This document shows, piece by piece, positions 11,796 through 22,672 of a stretch of 64,000 bases of DNA. Below the pieces are notes generated by a model. It saw only the letters and a program-made list of their open reading frames with translations, had not been told where the DNA came from and made no database searches. This DNA comes from Klebsormidium nitens (Eukaryota > Plantae > Klebsormidiophyceae), in NCBI GenBank assembly GCA_000708835.1, contig DF237352.1:21352-85351 (forward strand). Reading direction: 5' to 3'. Position 1 is the stretch's first letter; each line of letters starts with the position of its first letter. The translations under genes were made by a program, and so were the position numbers.

Positions 11796-13074
11796 CTACA
11801 GGGGCGCTCCGAGTACTATGAAAGCTGCAGCGAAGCTTCCCCCCATAACCGCTCCGCCTGAACCCGCCCTGGAAGCTGCACGAAGGGTGTCGGACCAGGA
11901 CTCGGGCGTTGCTTGCTCCGGGTCTTCGACGAGGCGGGCTGCGATGGGGAGATTTGCTGCCATCAACCCGCCCGCAAGCGCACCTCTCAAGATCCGGGAT
12001 AGAGCTTTCTGCAGGGCGGGTTCAGAAGGGGCGGAATGAGACACCTCGGGAGAGGGAACTAATAGCTAAGAGTAGAACGGTGTCAGAAGGAAAGCATAAC
12101 TGGTTACATGCTTCTGCACCAAGTCAGGCAGAAACGCACACCTGTTAACTTGGTTTGGTAGGAGCGAAACCTTGCTTTAATTTGAAAGGATCTGGCACGT
12201 CGTCTTCTGAGCTTGACATTGATTGGCAGTATACAAGTTTCGTTCGATGTCCGCGTGGTACTAGAAGCAAAAGTTTTCAAGAAAATTCGAGCGGACTGAG
12301 AATTTCGTGGCGACCGTTGACGAATCAATGCGGCACCACCGTCCGCCCCCGCTGGCACCCTGCTGAACTTGGGAGCGACACCCATGTCAATAGCGTAGCG
12401 TCACGAAAACCAGGCTGGAAAAGAGACTGATCATCACACCAGTACTACTACTAGTAATTTCCAATACAAGTAGCCGCTGGAGCGTTTGCCAGGTGTATAA
12501 TACTTCAAACATGTGGTGCCGTTGTACTGGGAGTTTGAGAAATGCATCGCCGCTTCAAACTGCGTTGTTCAAGTGGCTGTGTTGCTGAAGACTTTAACCG
12601 ATATCGGTTAAAGATTTAAGTAATCGATTTTCTTTGTGTCGCGTTGCTCGAGCGGACGCTAATCTGCCCTTTAAACAGAGTTGACCTGCTTGAACAATCG
12701 CGAACGTCCAGGTTTCGGGTGGACTACATGCTGGAACAGCAACACGATCAAGATCCTTCATTTCCAGGATGTCAATGTTGCTTGGCTACACGGTGCAGCA
12801 ACATTCATGGGGCTGAGACTTGTAGGTTCTCCCAATCGTACTGTATGATGGACCTACCTTTTGGAATGTTTTGTTCGGTTAATTTCCGTCAAGGATCTCA
12901 ATGTTGACCAGATTTTTTTCTCCATTCAATGCTTAAAGCAGCTACTGGTCAACATTAACCACGGCTGCTGACTGTGACGGTGGTCTCATAGCAAGTGCTC
13001 ACCTCAACAGATCTGAGCACCATGCTCGACGCAGGCCGCGCGCTCCGAAGTGTGCTGATAACTTGGCTGCTCAT
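11796..13074 (-). CDS. Small Gly/Ala-rich predicted 2-TM protein, paralog 1 (94 aa, two exons)
   Basis: Exon 1 13003-13074 (MSSQVISTLRSARPASSMVLRSVE; /gtgagc) and exon 2 11796-12008 (ctgcag/; KALSRILRGALAGGLM...TPESWSDTLR...GGAVMGGS) join in phase 0. Homologous to three other copies. Confidence 0.7.
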
Positions 13075-13294
13075 GGCTGGTTTCACAGGAGCCTCTTCAC
13101 CGCCTCTTCTTGATGTACAGCAAGCTGATTTTGTGACTTTAACGAGGTTGAGCCCGGTTCCGGTTCAAATACAGTAGATTCTCGTGAAAATGACGAACTC
13201 ATCTGATTTGTTGACAGTTTATAGGCTTTGCTTTGCAGATCATCTGCTAAAAGATCAAGCTGTACGATCAAGCGAACGGAGAGTCACGTATCCC

Positions 13295-13480
13295 GTCTTC
13301 CGCGCCAGCGCCGCATCGTGCGGACCTCGCGGCCGGCGGTCTGGCGCCCCTCAGCTGGGGATACAGCCGGGCGATCTGGCTGTCGGGGCAGGCCGGCCGG
13401 CCGGCCGCTGGTCATGTGCCGCAGTCGATGGCTGCGCGAGGGGGCCGGCGGGCCGCGTCGCGCTGCGCTGCAGGGTTTTA
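13295..13480 (-). promoter_or_regulatory. GC-rich GGCCGGCCG island upstream of paralog 1; homologous islands at 15665-15845, 18715-19510 and 24145-24290
   Basis: Very high GC with GCAGGCCGGCCG and CAGGGTTT motifs, lying 170-230 bp upstream of exon 1 in every unit. Promoter function is inferred. Confidence 0.5.
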
Positions 13481-14181
13481 GCTAGCAGGAACCTGAGGAA
13501 CTTGCAAAGATCCCAATCGTGTGGATCGTGATACTTTCGGTGTACCGATTCTAATCGGAATTGCAGATGATTTCGCATTTCGGATATGCTATACGCGTAG
13601 TCGCTTTAGATCCGGATTCTCCAAGTGCCAGCCAGTTTGCGGTGTAATCAGCAACGTCTGCGGATACTTCACTTCGAAAACCTCCAGAACCTGGCATTGT
13701 GCTCGCGCAGCGTCAGGACGGGATAGTTTGCCCGGCTACTAGCGGGACTGGAAGTCCCTGTTCGCTATCTTTGGAGTTCACGAAGACACTGAGTTCATGA
13801 AGCTATTTCTCCTCAACTATACATGACGAGAAGAACACCTACGACATCCTGCAGAGGAAAGTTTCTTCCCTCGAAAGCTTCCGCCTTGGTGGTGACGTGA
13901 TCCTTTCGGTTAAGCCAGCGGGTGTAATTGACAGTCCCTGCTTTGTTTTTGGGTCCGGCCGTACTGTGAAATTGACATGCATACACGCGATTTGTCGTTC
14001 AATCCGACTCACACATCTATATAGGACATAAGAGAAGCAGCCACTGCTTATGTACTCTGCAAAGCTTCAATGTTATTTCTTCACAGTTAGAGCTTGTAAT
14101 GTATTCGTTGAGAACGAGCTATCATCCATGATCGCTCTTCTCGGTGTATTGTGCAACAGATTACGGTGGATTCCTAGCCTG

Positions 14182-15461
14182 TTACATCAGATTCCGAACA
14201 AGGATTGAGGTAGCTGCAGTGACACTTCCTCCGAAAAGCGCTCCGCCTAAACACGACCTGGAAGCTTGACGAAGGGATTCGGGCCAGGACTTGGGCGTTA
14301 AGCGGCGGGAATCCTTTATGTCTGGACCTTCAATAAGGCGGCCTGCAAGGGGGAAGGCTGCTCCCATTATGCCGCCCGCAAGCGCACCTCTCAAAATCAA
14401 AAGTAGAGCTTTCTGCACGGCGGGTTGAACAGAAGTCGAGTTAGAAAATTCGAACAGAGACTTCTAGAATGAATTGAAACAGTATCAGGAAAAGCAGACA
14501 TAATCAAGCATGTGGTGAATAGTCAGTGGGCTAGTGAGTTGCCTACTTAAACAATCACTAAAGATTGGGACTGCTGGTCAAAGTCTGAGGTCAAACGGAC
14601 ACTCTCTTTTCTGTTGATATGCTTGGGGAACCTCTTCGTAGGAGTTTCTTGATATGTTATTTAGTGACTAGGGCTTGTGGTCGTTTGATTTGGGATTCAA
14701 CGTCCAACCTTCGTAGAAGCAAACATTTCGAACAAGGTACGAAATAAACTGCTGACCCAATACAGTCAACTGAATATTTTGTGATGACTGTTGACAGTAA
14801 CGAGGTACGAGGCAAGCACTCTTCGCCACTGCTGGCACCCTGCTGAAGGTGGGAACGACGCCCCTTCAAAGTATTACAAGATCCGGGCTGGAAAGAGAGA
14901 GCCTAGTAGTCCTCCATCAAGACCGTGACTAATTATTGCTCTCGACTAGTCGCGGCTGGAACACTTGCAGAACGTTCCATACATACAAAGGTGTCTTTGT
15001 TCAAGTAACGGAGATATATACAACTTCCAAGTGCAGCTTGACAATGATCCTTCAGAACTCATGCTGCTGAAACCAACAAACCAACGGGGGTTTTCATTTT
15101 TAATCTCCTGTATCTGAACCGCTTTTCGAGGCTATTAGCTTGCTCATACAAATCAAAGTCGACCATTATTGCTTCGATCAACGTATTTTGTTTGCCTTGA
15201 CCCCGCCTTTACGGTCTAATGAAGGAACTGAATTTTCGTGGGCAGTCTAAATCTTTCGAGTATCATTCATTTCTATGGTGGGTCTTACCTGCTGACAGGT
15301 TTTGTTCAGGTGTCTGTCACATGGGCGATTACGAGCAGAGTGGAAGGAGTCCCCAAGTGTAATATTGCTTAGTGAGTCGACTGCTGAGCATCTACTGCCG
15401 CTCCTGACTTTGACGGACATCTATTTTGTCGAGGGCTTACCTGATACGATTCGTCCCCCAT
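14182..15461 (-). CDS. Small Gly/Ala-rich predicted 2-TM protein, paralog 2 (about 83 aa)
   Basis: Exon 2 14182-14412 (gtgcag/; KALLLILRGALAGGIMG...TPKSWPESLR). Probable exon 1 15441-15461 (MGDESYQ; /gtaagc), phase 0. The first exon is less certain. Confidence 0.6.
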
Positions 15462-17371
15462 TTTGCTCACTTGGGCGCTCCTCGTGTTTGATTTTCCTGG
15501 GAGCCTCTTCAGCACGTACTGCCGCCCCTTCTTGGTATCCAGGTAGCCGGTGGTCTGGTTCAGTGATGAGCTTGCGCCCTGCTTGCGCTCGGCCCGTCCT
15601 CTAAGTTGTCACAATGACGAAGGAACGAAGTTTTGTTGACAAGCCGTGATTGCCACTCTCCGTATATCTCATCCGCCGTCGGCGCCGCGCCGTGCGCCGG
15701 CCGCGGCCGCAGGATGATTTGGCGGCCAGGGTTTGGGCGAGCAGGGGTTTGGTCTGGCCATCGCGGGGGCAGGCCGGCCGCGCTGGTTGTGACGGGCCGC
15801 AGCTAATAGCTAGCTGCGGCCGGCAAGCCGCGTCGGCCTGCAAGGAAGGGGGGTTGACGAACTCCGAAATCCTGGTGTGTTTTGCTATGAGATGCTTATT
15901 ATAGTACCAGTCGCAAAATCTTTCGGGTACGCTAGTCGCTTTAGATCCTCAAGGAATCGGCAGGGCCATGCAATGTTTGCGGTAACCTATATGATTACCG
16001 TAGCAGCAATGCTACGGGGCAGCAAATTCAAACGTCTCCTGGACTTTCATTTCGAAAACCTTAGAGCCCACCGGGCGCGCACGCATGAGTAGGAGAAGAG
16101 TGCGGAAAAAGCTGCCAAAGATTCAAGGCCAGCAGATCGAGAATCTTGAAAGTCCGGCCGGCAGCTCGGGGCGCGCGGCCCATCAGAATTTTGTTCGTGA
16201 AGTCCGTCGCTCGACGTGATAGTCTATCGATTCCGAAGCTTCAACAAGAATTGTCAGAGGCGATCGCAGATCCTTGTTATCGTTCTCAGATCGAGTCGCA
16301 AAAACTGCCCTGTTGGACACGCGTAGTACGGCCGCACTTCCGGAAGCTCAATGTCAACTTTCCAGTTGCGCCCACGAAAGGGCCGCTCACAAATAGCACC
16401 GGTAACGCTTCCAGGATTTGCAGCTTAGTACAAATGGCAGGGTGACGGTTCCGGAAGATTTTTCTGTGGCCAGTGAGAGCACCGCACAAAAGTCCTAGCA
16501 ATTATGCGTCAACCTTTGTAGATCAATGTAAGATGTGCGTCTGTTTGTTGACAGTCTATGGAGCTCACTCAAGTGTGGCGCTCGTACCGGGCCAGCCCTC
16601 ACCATAATGTAATCATGTATCAACGTACGACTTGCTTGGGATTATGGTCGTAGCAGAAGACTCCTACCGTTGGAAACGAGAACACGAGTTATCAGCCCTC
16701 GAATATGGATCGGTTAGGATAAACCAATGCCGAGTCTGATTTGCAGGACGGGCGCAGGAGTTTCGAAGCGTCGCAGCTGCTTCGACAACAGATCAAACAG
16801 TGAAGGTGATCAGAGATCTGTGTTATCGCTGAAACGACTTTGCCTGCATCGGCCTCGATTAGCTTGGAGAGCGGTGTGCAGTGCTAGAGCCTGGCCCGGT
16901 GATTCCGGCCCAGTAATGTCCAGTATTGAATCGAGCATGTCAGACATATCATTCTTTGGCTCGAAGATGAATCACAAGACCAACATATAGTACGGTAAGC
17001 CCTTGCAAAACCTGTGTCTTACCCATTCCTCAAAAGCCTAGGGACACTCATGGTGCACCGGTTCTCTTCGGTCAAGGTTTTAGAACGTCGTTAAATCACT
17101 GGACAGATCGTTTGGTCGATCAAACGTCCGAAGCAAGTCTTACAAACATAAATTGCATACCTCCTGATTGACCTGATCTGTCAAAGCTTCTACCGGACGA
17201 GGCTAAGCCTGCTTCTCGCGTCAGCGAACTGGGCTAACGTTAGAACTCAATAATGGACAGTTTAAATCGACCGCCTACATTACAAGAAGCATCCGACAAC
17301 TAAAGCAAACACTCCGTCGAAAACGAGCTAGCGTCTCCCGGTCTTTGCGGTGGATTGACAAACTTCCAGAG

Positions 17372-18511
17372 TCAAGCCAAAATGATCATCGCAAAACCTG
17401 CAGTGAGACCTCCCGTTAAAACCGCTCCGCCTGAAGCGGCCCTGGCAGCTAGACGAAGGGTGTCGGGCCAGGACACGGGCGTTGTGCGGTATTCCGAATT
17501 CGTTACACTTTCTGGACCTTCGAGGATGCGGCCTGCGATGGGGAGGGTCGCCCACATGACCCCGGTCCCGAGCGCGACTTTCAAGATAGGGGAGAGAACA
17601 CTCTGCATGGTAAATTCAGGAAGAGCGGAATCAATAGCCTGGAGGAGGCACTTCTGAGACGAAAAGTATCAGAAAATCACAGCTGATCAAGCGTATACGA
17701 AGCGCGCGCGGTAATCTCAAAGCTGGCAAGCATTGAGGCTTATTTACCATTGAGACTGCTGGCTACGTCTCGAGGCAATGAGACTGCTGGCTACGTTCTG
17801 GACTAAGGGCGACCTTTTCTTGGTTGGAGCGAAACCTTGCTGTGAAAGGTTCTGGATACGTTATCACTGACTAAGATTTTAAACGATTCGACTAGGTTCC
17901 AACGTCCAGAGTGGTAAAACCAACACTCGCCAACACGCAAACAGTCAAGCGCTTTTCGTGGCTTTGTTTACTTGTTATACCTGCTAGACCGTTTGCCCAA
18001 CGTACAAAAAAAACAGGTGCCCTTGTTCAAGTAACGTGGTTTTGACTTCAAATTGTGAGATTGACTTGCTGGTTGGCATCTTCTTCATCCAGTTGCTTTG
18101 ACGTTGATGAACGACCGATTTTCTTTTTGTCCCTGTGTCTGGGTCATTGAACCGATGCTATCTTGCTCCAGAAGAAAATTCAAAGTGCTTGAACAAACTT
18201 TGAGCGGGTCAGAGTTGACAACGGCTGGGTCTCTAGTCTGAGATTACAGTTAGCTCTGCCATCCGGTATCGGCTTGTTCGATGGCTCTTCCTTGCGAGGA
18301 AGTTTTGTTCAGCTGTCCCTTGATGTTCTCAATCAAGAGCAGACCGTGATTTTCGTTCATCCCTCAGAATAAAACAGCTACTGTTTACCAGCAATCAGCC
18401 GCTGTATGTGATTATTGTCTCCTGACATCAAGTGCTTACCTCAGAAATCTTGAGCACCATGCTCCGAGACGCAGGCGCGTTCGCCATTGTGTTGACCACT
18501 TGGCTGCTCAT
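17372..18511 (-). CDS. Small Gly/Ala-rich predicted 2-TM protein, paralog 3 (100 aa)
   Basis: Exon 1 18440-18511 (MSSQVVNTMANAPASRSMVLKISE; /gtaagc) and exon 2 17372-17602 (atgcag/; SVLSPILKVALGTG...TPVSWPDTLR), phase 0. Confidence 0.7.
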
Positions 18512-18774
18512 GATTACTGATTTCCTGGGAGCGTCTCTACAGCCTCTTCTTGATGTTCACCAAGCTGGCTCTGTCACTCTTCTGAGCTTGCGTCCGGGAA
18601 AAGCTTCTCGTGAAATGTTGCGTGAATTTGACGAAGGCGGCTGACTTCTCACATTGTATAGGCTGTGATGGGAGTGGTGAAGATCATCTGCTTATACGTT
18701 CAAGCGGGGAAGGCCGCATATCCCGTCCCCCGCGGGCGCCGCACCACGCGGCGCCGGCCGGGGGGGCCTCGCGG

Positions 18775-19328
18775 NNNNNNNNNNNNNNNNNNNNNNNNNN
18801 NNNNNNNNNNNNNNNNNNNNNNNNNNNNNNNNNNNNNNNNNNNNNNNNNNNNNNNNNNNNNNNNNNNNNNNNNNNNNNNNNNNNNNNNNNNNNNNNNNNN
18901 NNNNNNNNNNNNNNNNNNNNNNNNNNNNNNNNNNNNNNNNNNNNNNNNNNNNNNNNNNNNNNNNNNNNNNNNNNNNNNNNNNNNNNNNNNNNNNNNNNNN
19001 NNNNNNNNNNNNNNNNNNNNNNNNNNNNNNNNNNNNNNNNNNNNNNNNNNNNNNNNNNNNNNNNNNNNNNNNNNNNNNNNNNNNNNNNNNNNNNNNNNNN
19101 NNNNNNNNNNNNNNNNNNNNNNNNNNNNNNNNNNNNNNNNNNNNNNNNNNNNNNNNNNNNNNNNNNNNNNNNNNNNNNNNNNNNNNNNNNNNNNNNNNNN
19201 NNNNNNNNNNNNNNNNNNNNNNNNNNNNNNNNNNNNNNNNNNNNNNNNNNNNNNNNNNNNNNNNNNNNNNNNNNNNNNNNNNNNNNNNNNNNNNNNNNNN
19301 NNNNNNNNNNNNNNNNNNNNNNNNNNNN
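18775..19328. other. Assembly gap (554 N) inside the GC-rich upstream island of paralog 3
   Basis: Run of N flanked by very GC-rich GGCCG sequence. Confidence 0.95.
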
Positions 19329-22300
19329 GGCCGGCCGCCAGGGTTTGGGTGAGCAGGGCCGGGGTTTAGACCGGACTGTCTGCGCTGGCATGGCTTTCGG
19401 GGCAGGCCGGCCGCGCCACGTGCTGATTACTGGGCGGCCGCGGCCGCACTGAGTCAACGGCTGCAGTGTGGGGGCCGCCCGGCCGGCCCCGTTTGGCTGC
19501 GCCGCACTCAGGGAAAGGGGTTTGAGACAGCAAAAACTTGCAAAGATTTTGATGATGAACCTCGGTACCGGTATGAGATCCTGATCTGAGTTGCAGGGAC
19601 CTTCGAATAAGCTAAGTCGCTCTGCATTCCAAATTCCCAATTGCCACCGGGCCAGCCAATTTGCGGTGTAAGCAGCAACGTCTCTGAAGACTTCGCTTCG
19701 AAAGTCCAGAGCCTGGCATCCTGCAGCTTTTGCAGCATAAGCACAGTGAGGAGCACAGGGTTTTTTTGGCGGTTAACCATAGTCGGTTATGGGCTGGTTC
19801 GAAGCTGGTCAACTGTACAATGACCAGACTCGAGCAGTGACCGGGTTCTTAACATGGCTATAATGCGGTTATTGGTCAAAGAGCCAGACTGCAGATTGGT
19901 TAGCGAACCTGGTTAGCAGCCAAACCTTCCCTGTGGAGGAAGCTGCGAAAGATTGAAGGCCATCCATCGATTAACCTGAAAGACAGGCCGGCAGCTTCAG
20001 GGTGCGCGACGGTGGCCCATCAAGTCTTGAGTTACCAGTTGCAGATTCATAAGTTAGTCCGTCACTTGACGTCAACGTATAACGACCTCAAGTGTGCAGA
20101 CGTATGACGACCTGCAGCCGCTCTGCGCGCGGCCCTTGGACGCGGCCGCCCTCTCGCGTACGCTCTCGAAAGCACATGTTCAATATGCTTCAAAGGCGCC
20201 CACGTCGAATCCGGCCCGCTACTATAGCTGTGAGCTCCAGCAACGCTATCGATTCTAAAGTGCAAGGTGGCAAGCTGCAGCAGAGGAAATCAAAAGTGCC
20301 TAGTGGGTTCAAGGATTCCTTCTCATGCGAAAGCAGCCCAACGAAACTGTGAGCTTAAAGTTTAGAGCGTCAGCCTTCGTAATCTGATTCAATAATAGGT
20401 AGCATGTACGTTTGGCCGACACAACATGTACCATGTACGTTTGTCTCTTTATCTGTGGGGCCATTCAGGCGCGGCGAGCGTACCGGGCCAGCCCTGATCA
20501 TTGTCATCAACGGTCATACCGGTGCGACTTGCTTGGGATTCTGGTTACCAGTGGAGTCGAAGATCCGGCCCGCACTTGGAAACGAGACCAGGCCGCACCG
20601 TGGGATCAGCCCTGGAGATGGATCTGTCGGGATAATCAACGTAGAGTTTGATTTGGATCGGACCTGCTTGAGCGGACGTACTGCTACGCCTGTGTTTTGA
20701 GGTGTCTTGCTACGACGCCCTGATTTGCTATCAATAAAAATTCTCTGTGCACTTGGTCTAATTGAAGGGGATAACCAGAGAGTTTGGGCTCTGGATATTG
20801 AGCCATCTGGGCAAGTTGAAGAAATTGAAGATTGAAGAAATTGCTATGTCACATGCAACTGCACTTTTGGTGCAATTGGCGAGGTGAACATTTCCGAAGT
20901 GTTCACTCATTTCAAACGTGCACCCCTTGGCCGCGCCGAAGGTTAGCAACGAAGACGCGATGTATTCCTGGTTTACGTTTCGTGCTTCGATGTCGCTGTT
21001 CGGATTAAACAAGCCCAATACCGTTCCGTAAGCTGGAAGCAGAAGCTGGCGACGCCCTCCGGCGCAGTACCCACGGATAAGATGCAAACGGATAAGATGC
21101 TCGTTAGATTCGCTTCCTTTGACAGGACTTCGGACTGTTTGAGTTTAGGGAACAAAACGAGTCGGCTGTTTTATGTTTCCGAATACGTACTGAAGGCAAA
21201 TTCATCACTGTTTTGAATCCGGAAAGGTGCTTCGCCTGCGGCTTGAGTATCGATGGTGATGGTAGGCCTAAAATGGGCACGGAGGCAAAAGAAAGATGAT
21301 AACGAAGTCGGACAGGGGACAAGTAAAATTTAAGTTGGAGTGCGAGATATAAGTCGAACTAAAACTTAGCTTCGAATATTTGGATCTGCTCGAACATTCT
21401 GCTGCTCCGCGCCGAACACTGGACAAAAGAGATCTAGAACATGATGTTGAAACCATCCTAAGCGGAAATCTAGGTACGATTGGAGACGCCCCACCGGCAT
21501 AGGTTGAGCCGTTGGCAGATCTTCGCATTCTCGCTCACACTCTTAAGAGCCTTTCTGCAGAGCTCCCTTGGTCGTCCGCCGGCCGCCGCTTCCGACGGGC
21601 CGCCCGCGGGTGCCAGGAGCGCCGCCCATAGCTTTATCCTACTCAGCCAGCCACTCATACTCGCCGATGTAAGCAGATTTTTCTGGGGAAAGCGAACCTG
21701 TGCTGCTCCGTCCCCAGACCCGAAGCCACATCAGCTGCTGACGTGGAAACGCCGACCACGACGTGAAAGATGACGTAAACTTCGCCCCGGCTGTTGCGGT
21801 CCTTGGATTACCTTTTCAGCGGGCCGGCCACACGCGGTCGGTCGCCCTTCGCTTCATTGCACAGCGGCTGGAGACGTGACTACTGTGACTCGATTAAGAG
21901 AAAGCCTTTGGCCATTATCCTGTCTGAGACTTGGTTTATTTCCCTCGTCTGGACTCGGTCCCAGTCCCTAGCTCGAGCCAACTCTGATAGGTGTAACTGA
22001 TCTGACAATGTCCGAAGTAAGTGGGAACGCCGTCGGGAAATGAGATTGAGCCGCAGAGTGTACTGCAGAATTGATTTGAAAAAAGTGATGGCGCGTGCAC
22101 GTCATTTAGGAAAGGCAGACTTTAAAGCGACGAGCAGGTTTTTGAGACGGATCAGACCGGAACCAGACAAGAGCTTTCTCTGGGTGAACTCTGATGAGCA
22201 TCACCGGCTCCGCTAATGCTCGGTGTCAGAGCAAGTAAGGCGTGCTACACATCTATCATCTGCTCGAAGAGCAATTGCGAGGCCATCATGTACGGATTCA

Positions 22301-22672
22301 GAAGCCCCTGCGAACTGCGCACGTTCGCTCTTGAAACCACATTAACATCGAATCAACGTGCACCGTTTCCACCGGGTCACATATGCAGAGCTGCGGTACA
22401 ACATTTCCTTAGTAGACAGAGCATTTGCGTCGGTCGCATTTGGTAACACAATCTCCAAATCATGCCACTCGTAGCTCCTGGTTGAGGAGGGGGCACTGCT
22501 TCTCGCTTTGCCACTCTTGCCACTCTTGATTGTCGAAACTCAACTTAAAACGAAAGTTGACCGTTTCTCTTTTCTAATCAAAGATTCAAGCAGCTGTGGA
22601 GCATCCAAAAAACGAGGGCAAAGTGTCCGTCGAATACGAGCTAGCGTCTCCCTTTTTGTGAATGAAGCCTTT

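Noticed and set aside
14182-14418. The 78-82 aa ORF-track entries as complete single-exon genes
   Set aside because: Their apparent starts (GTG or ATG in xTGCAG, or an upstream in-frame start) overlap a conserved intron acceptor; these are second exons.
18610-19640. Long ORFs of 234-318 aa
   Set aside because: Artefacts of translating through 554 N.
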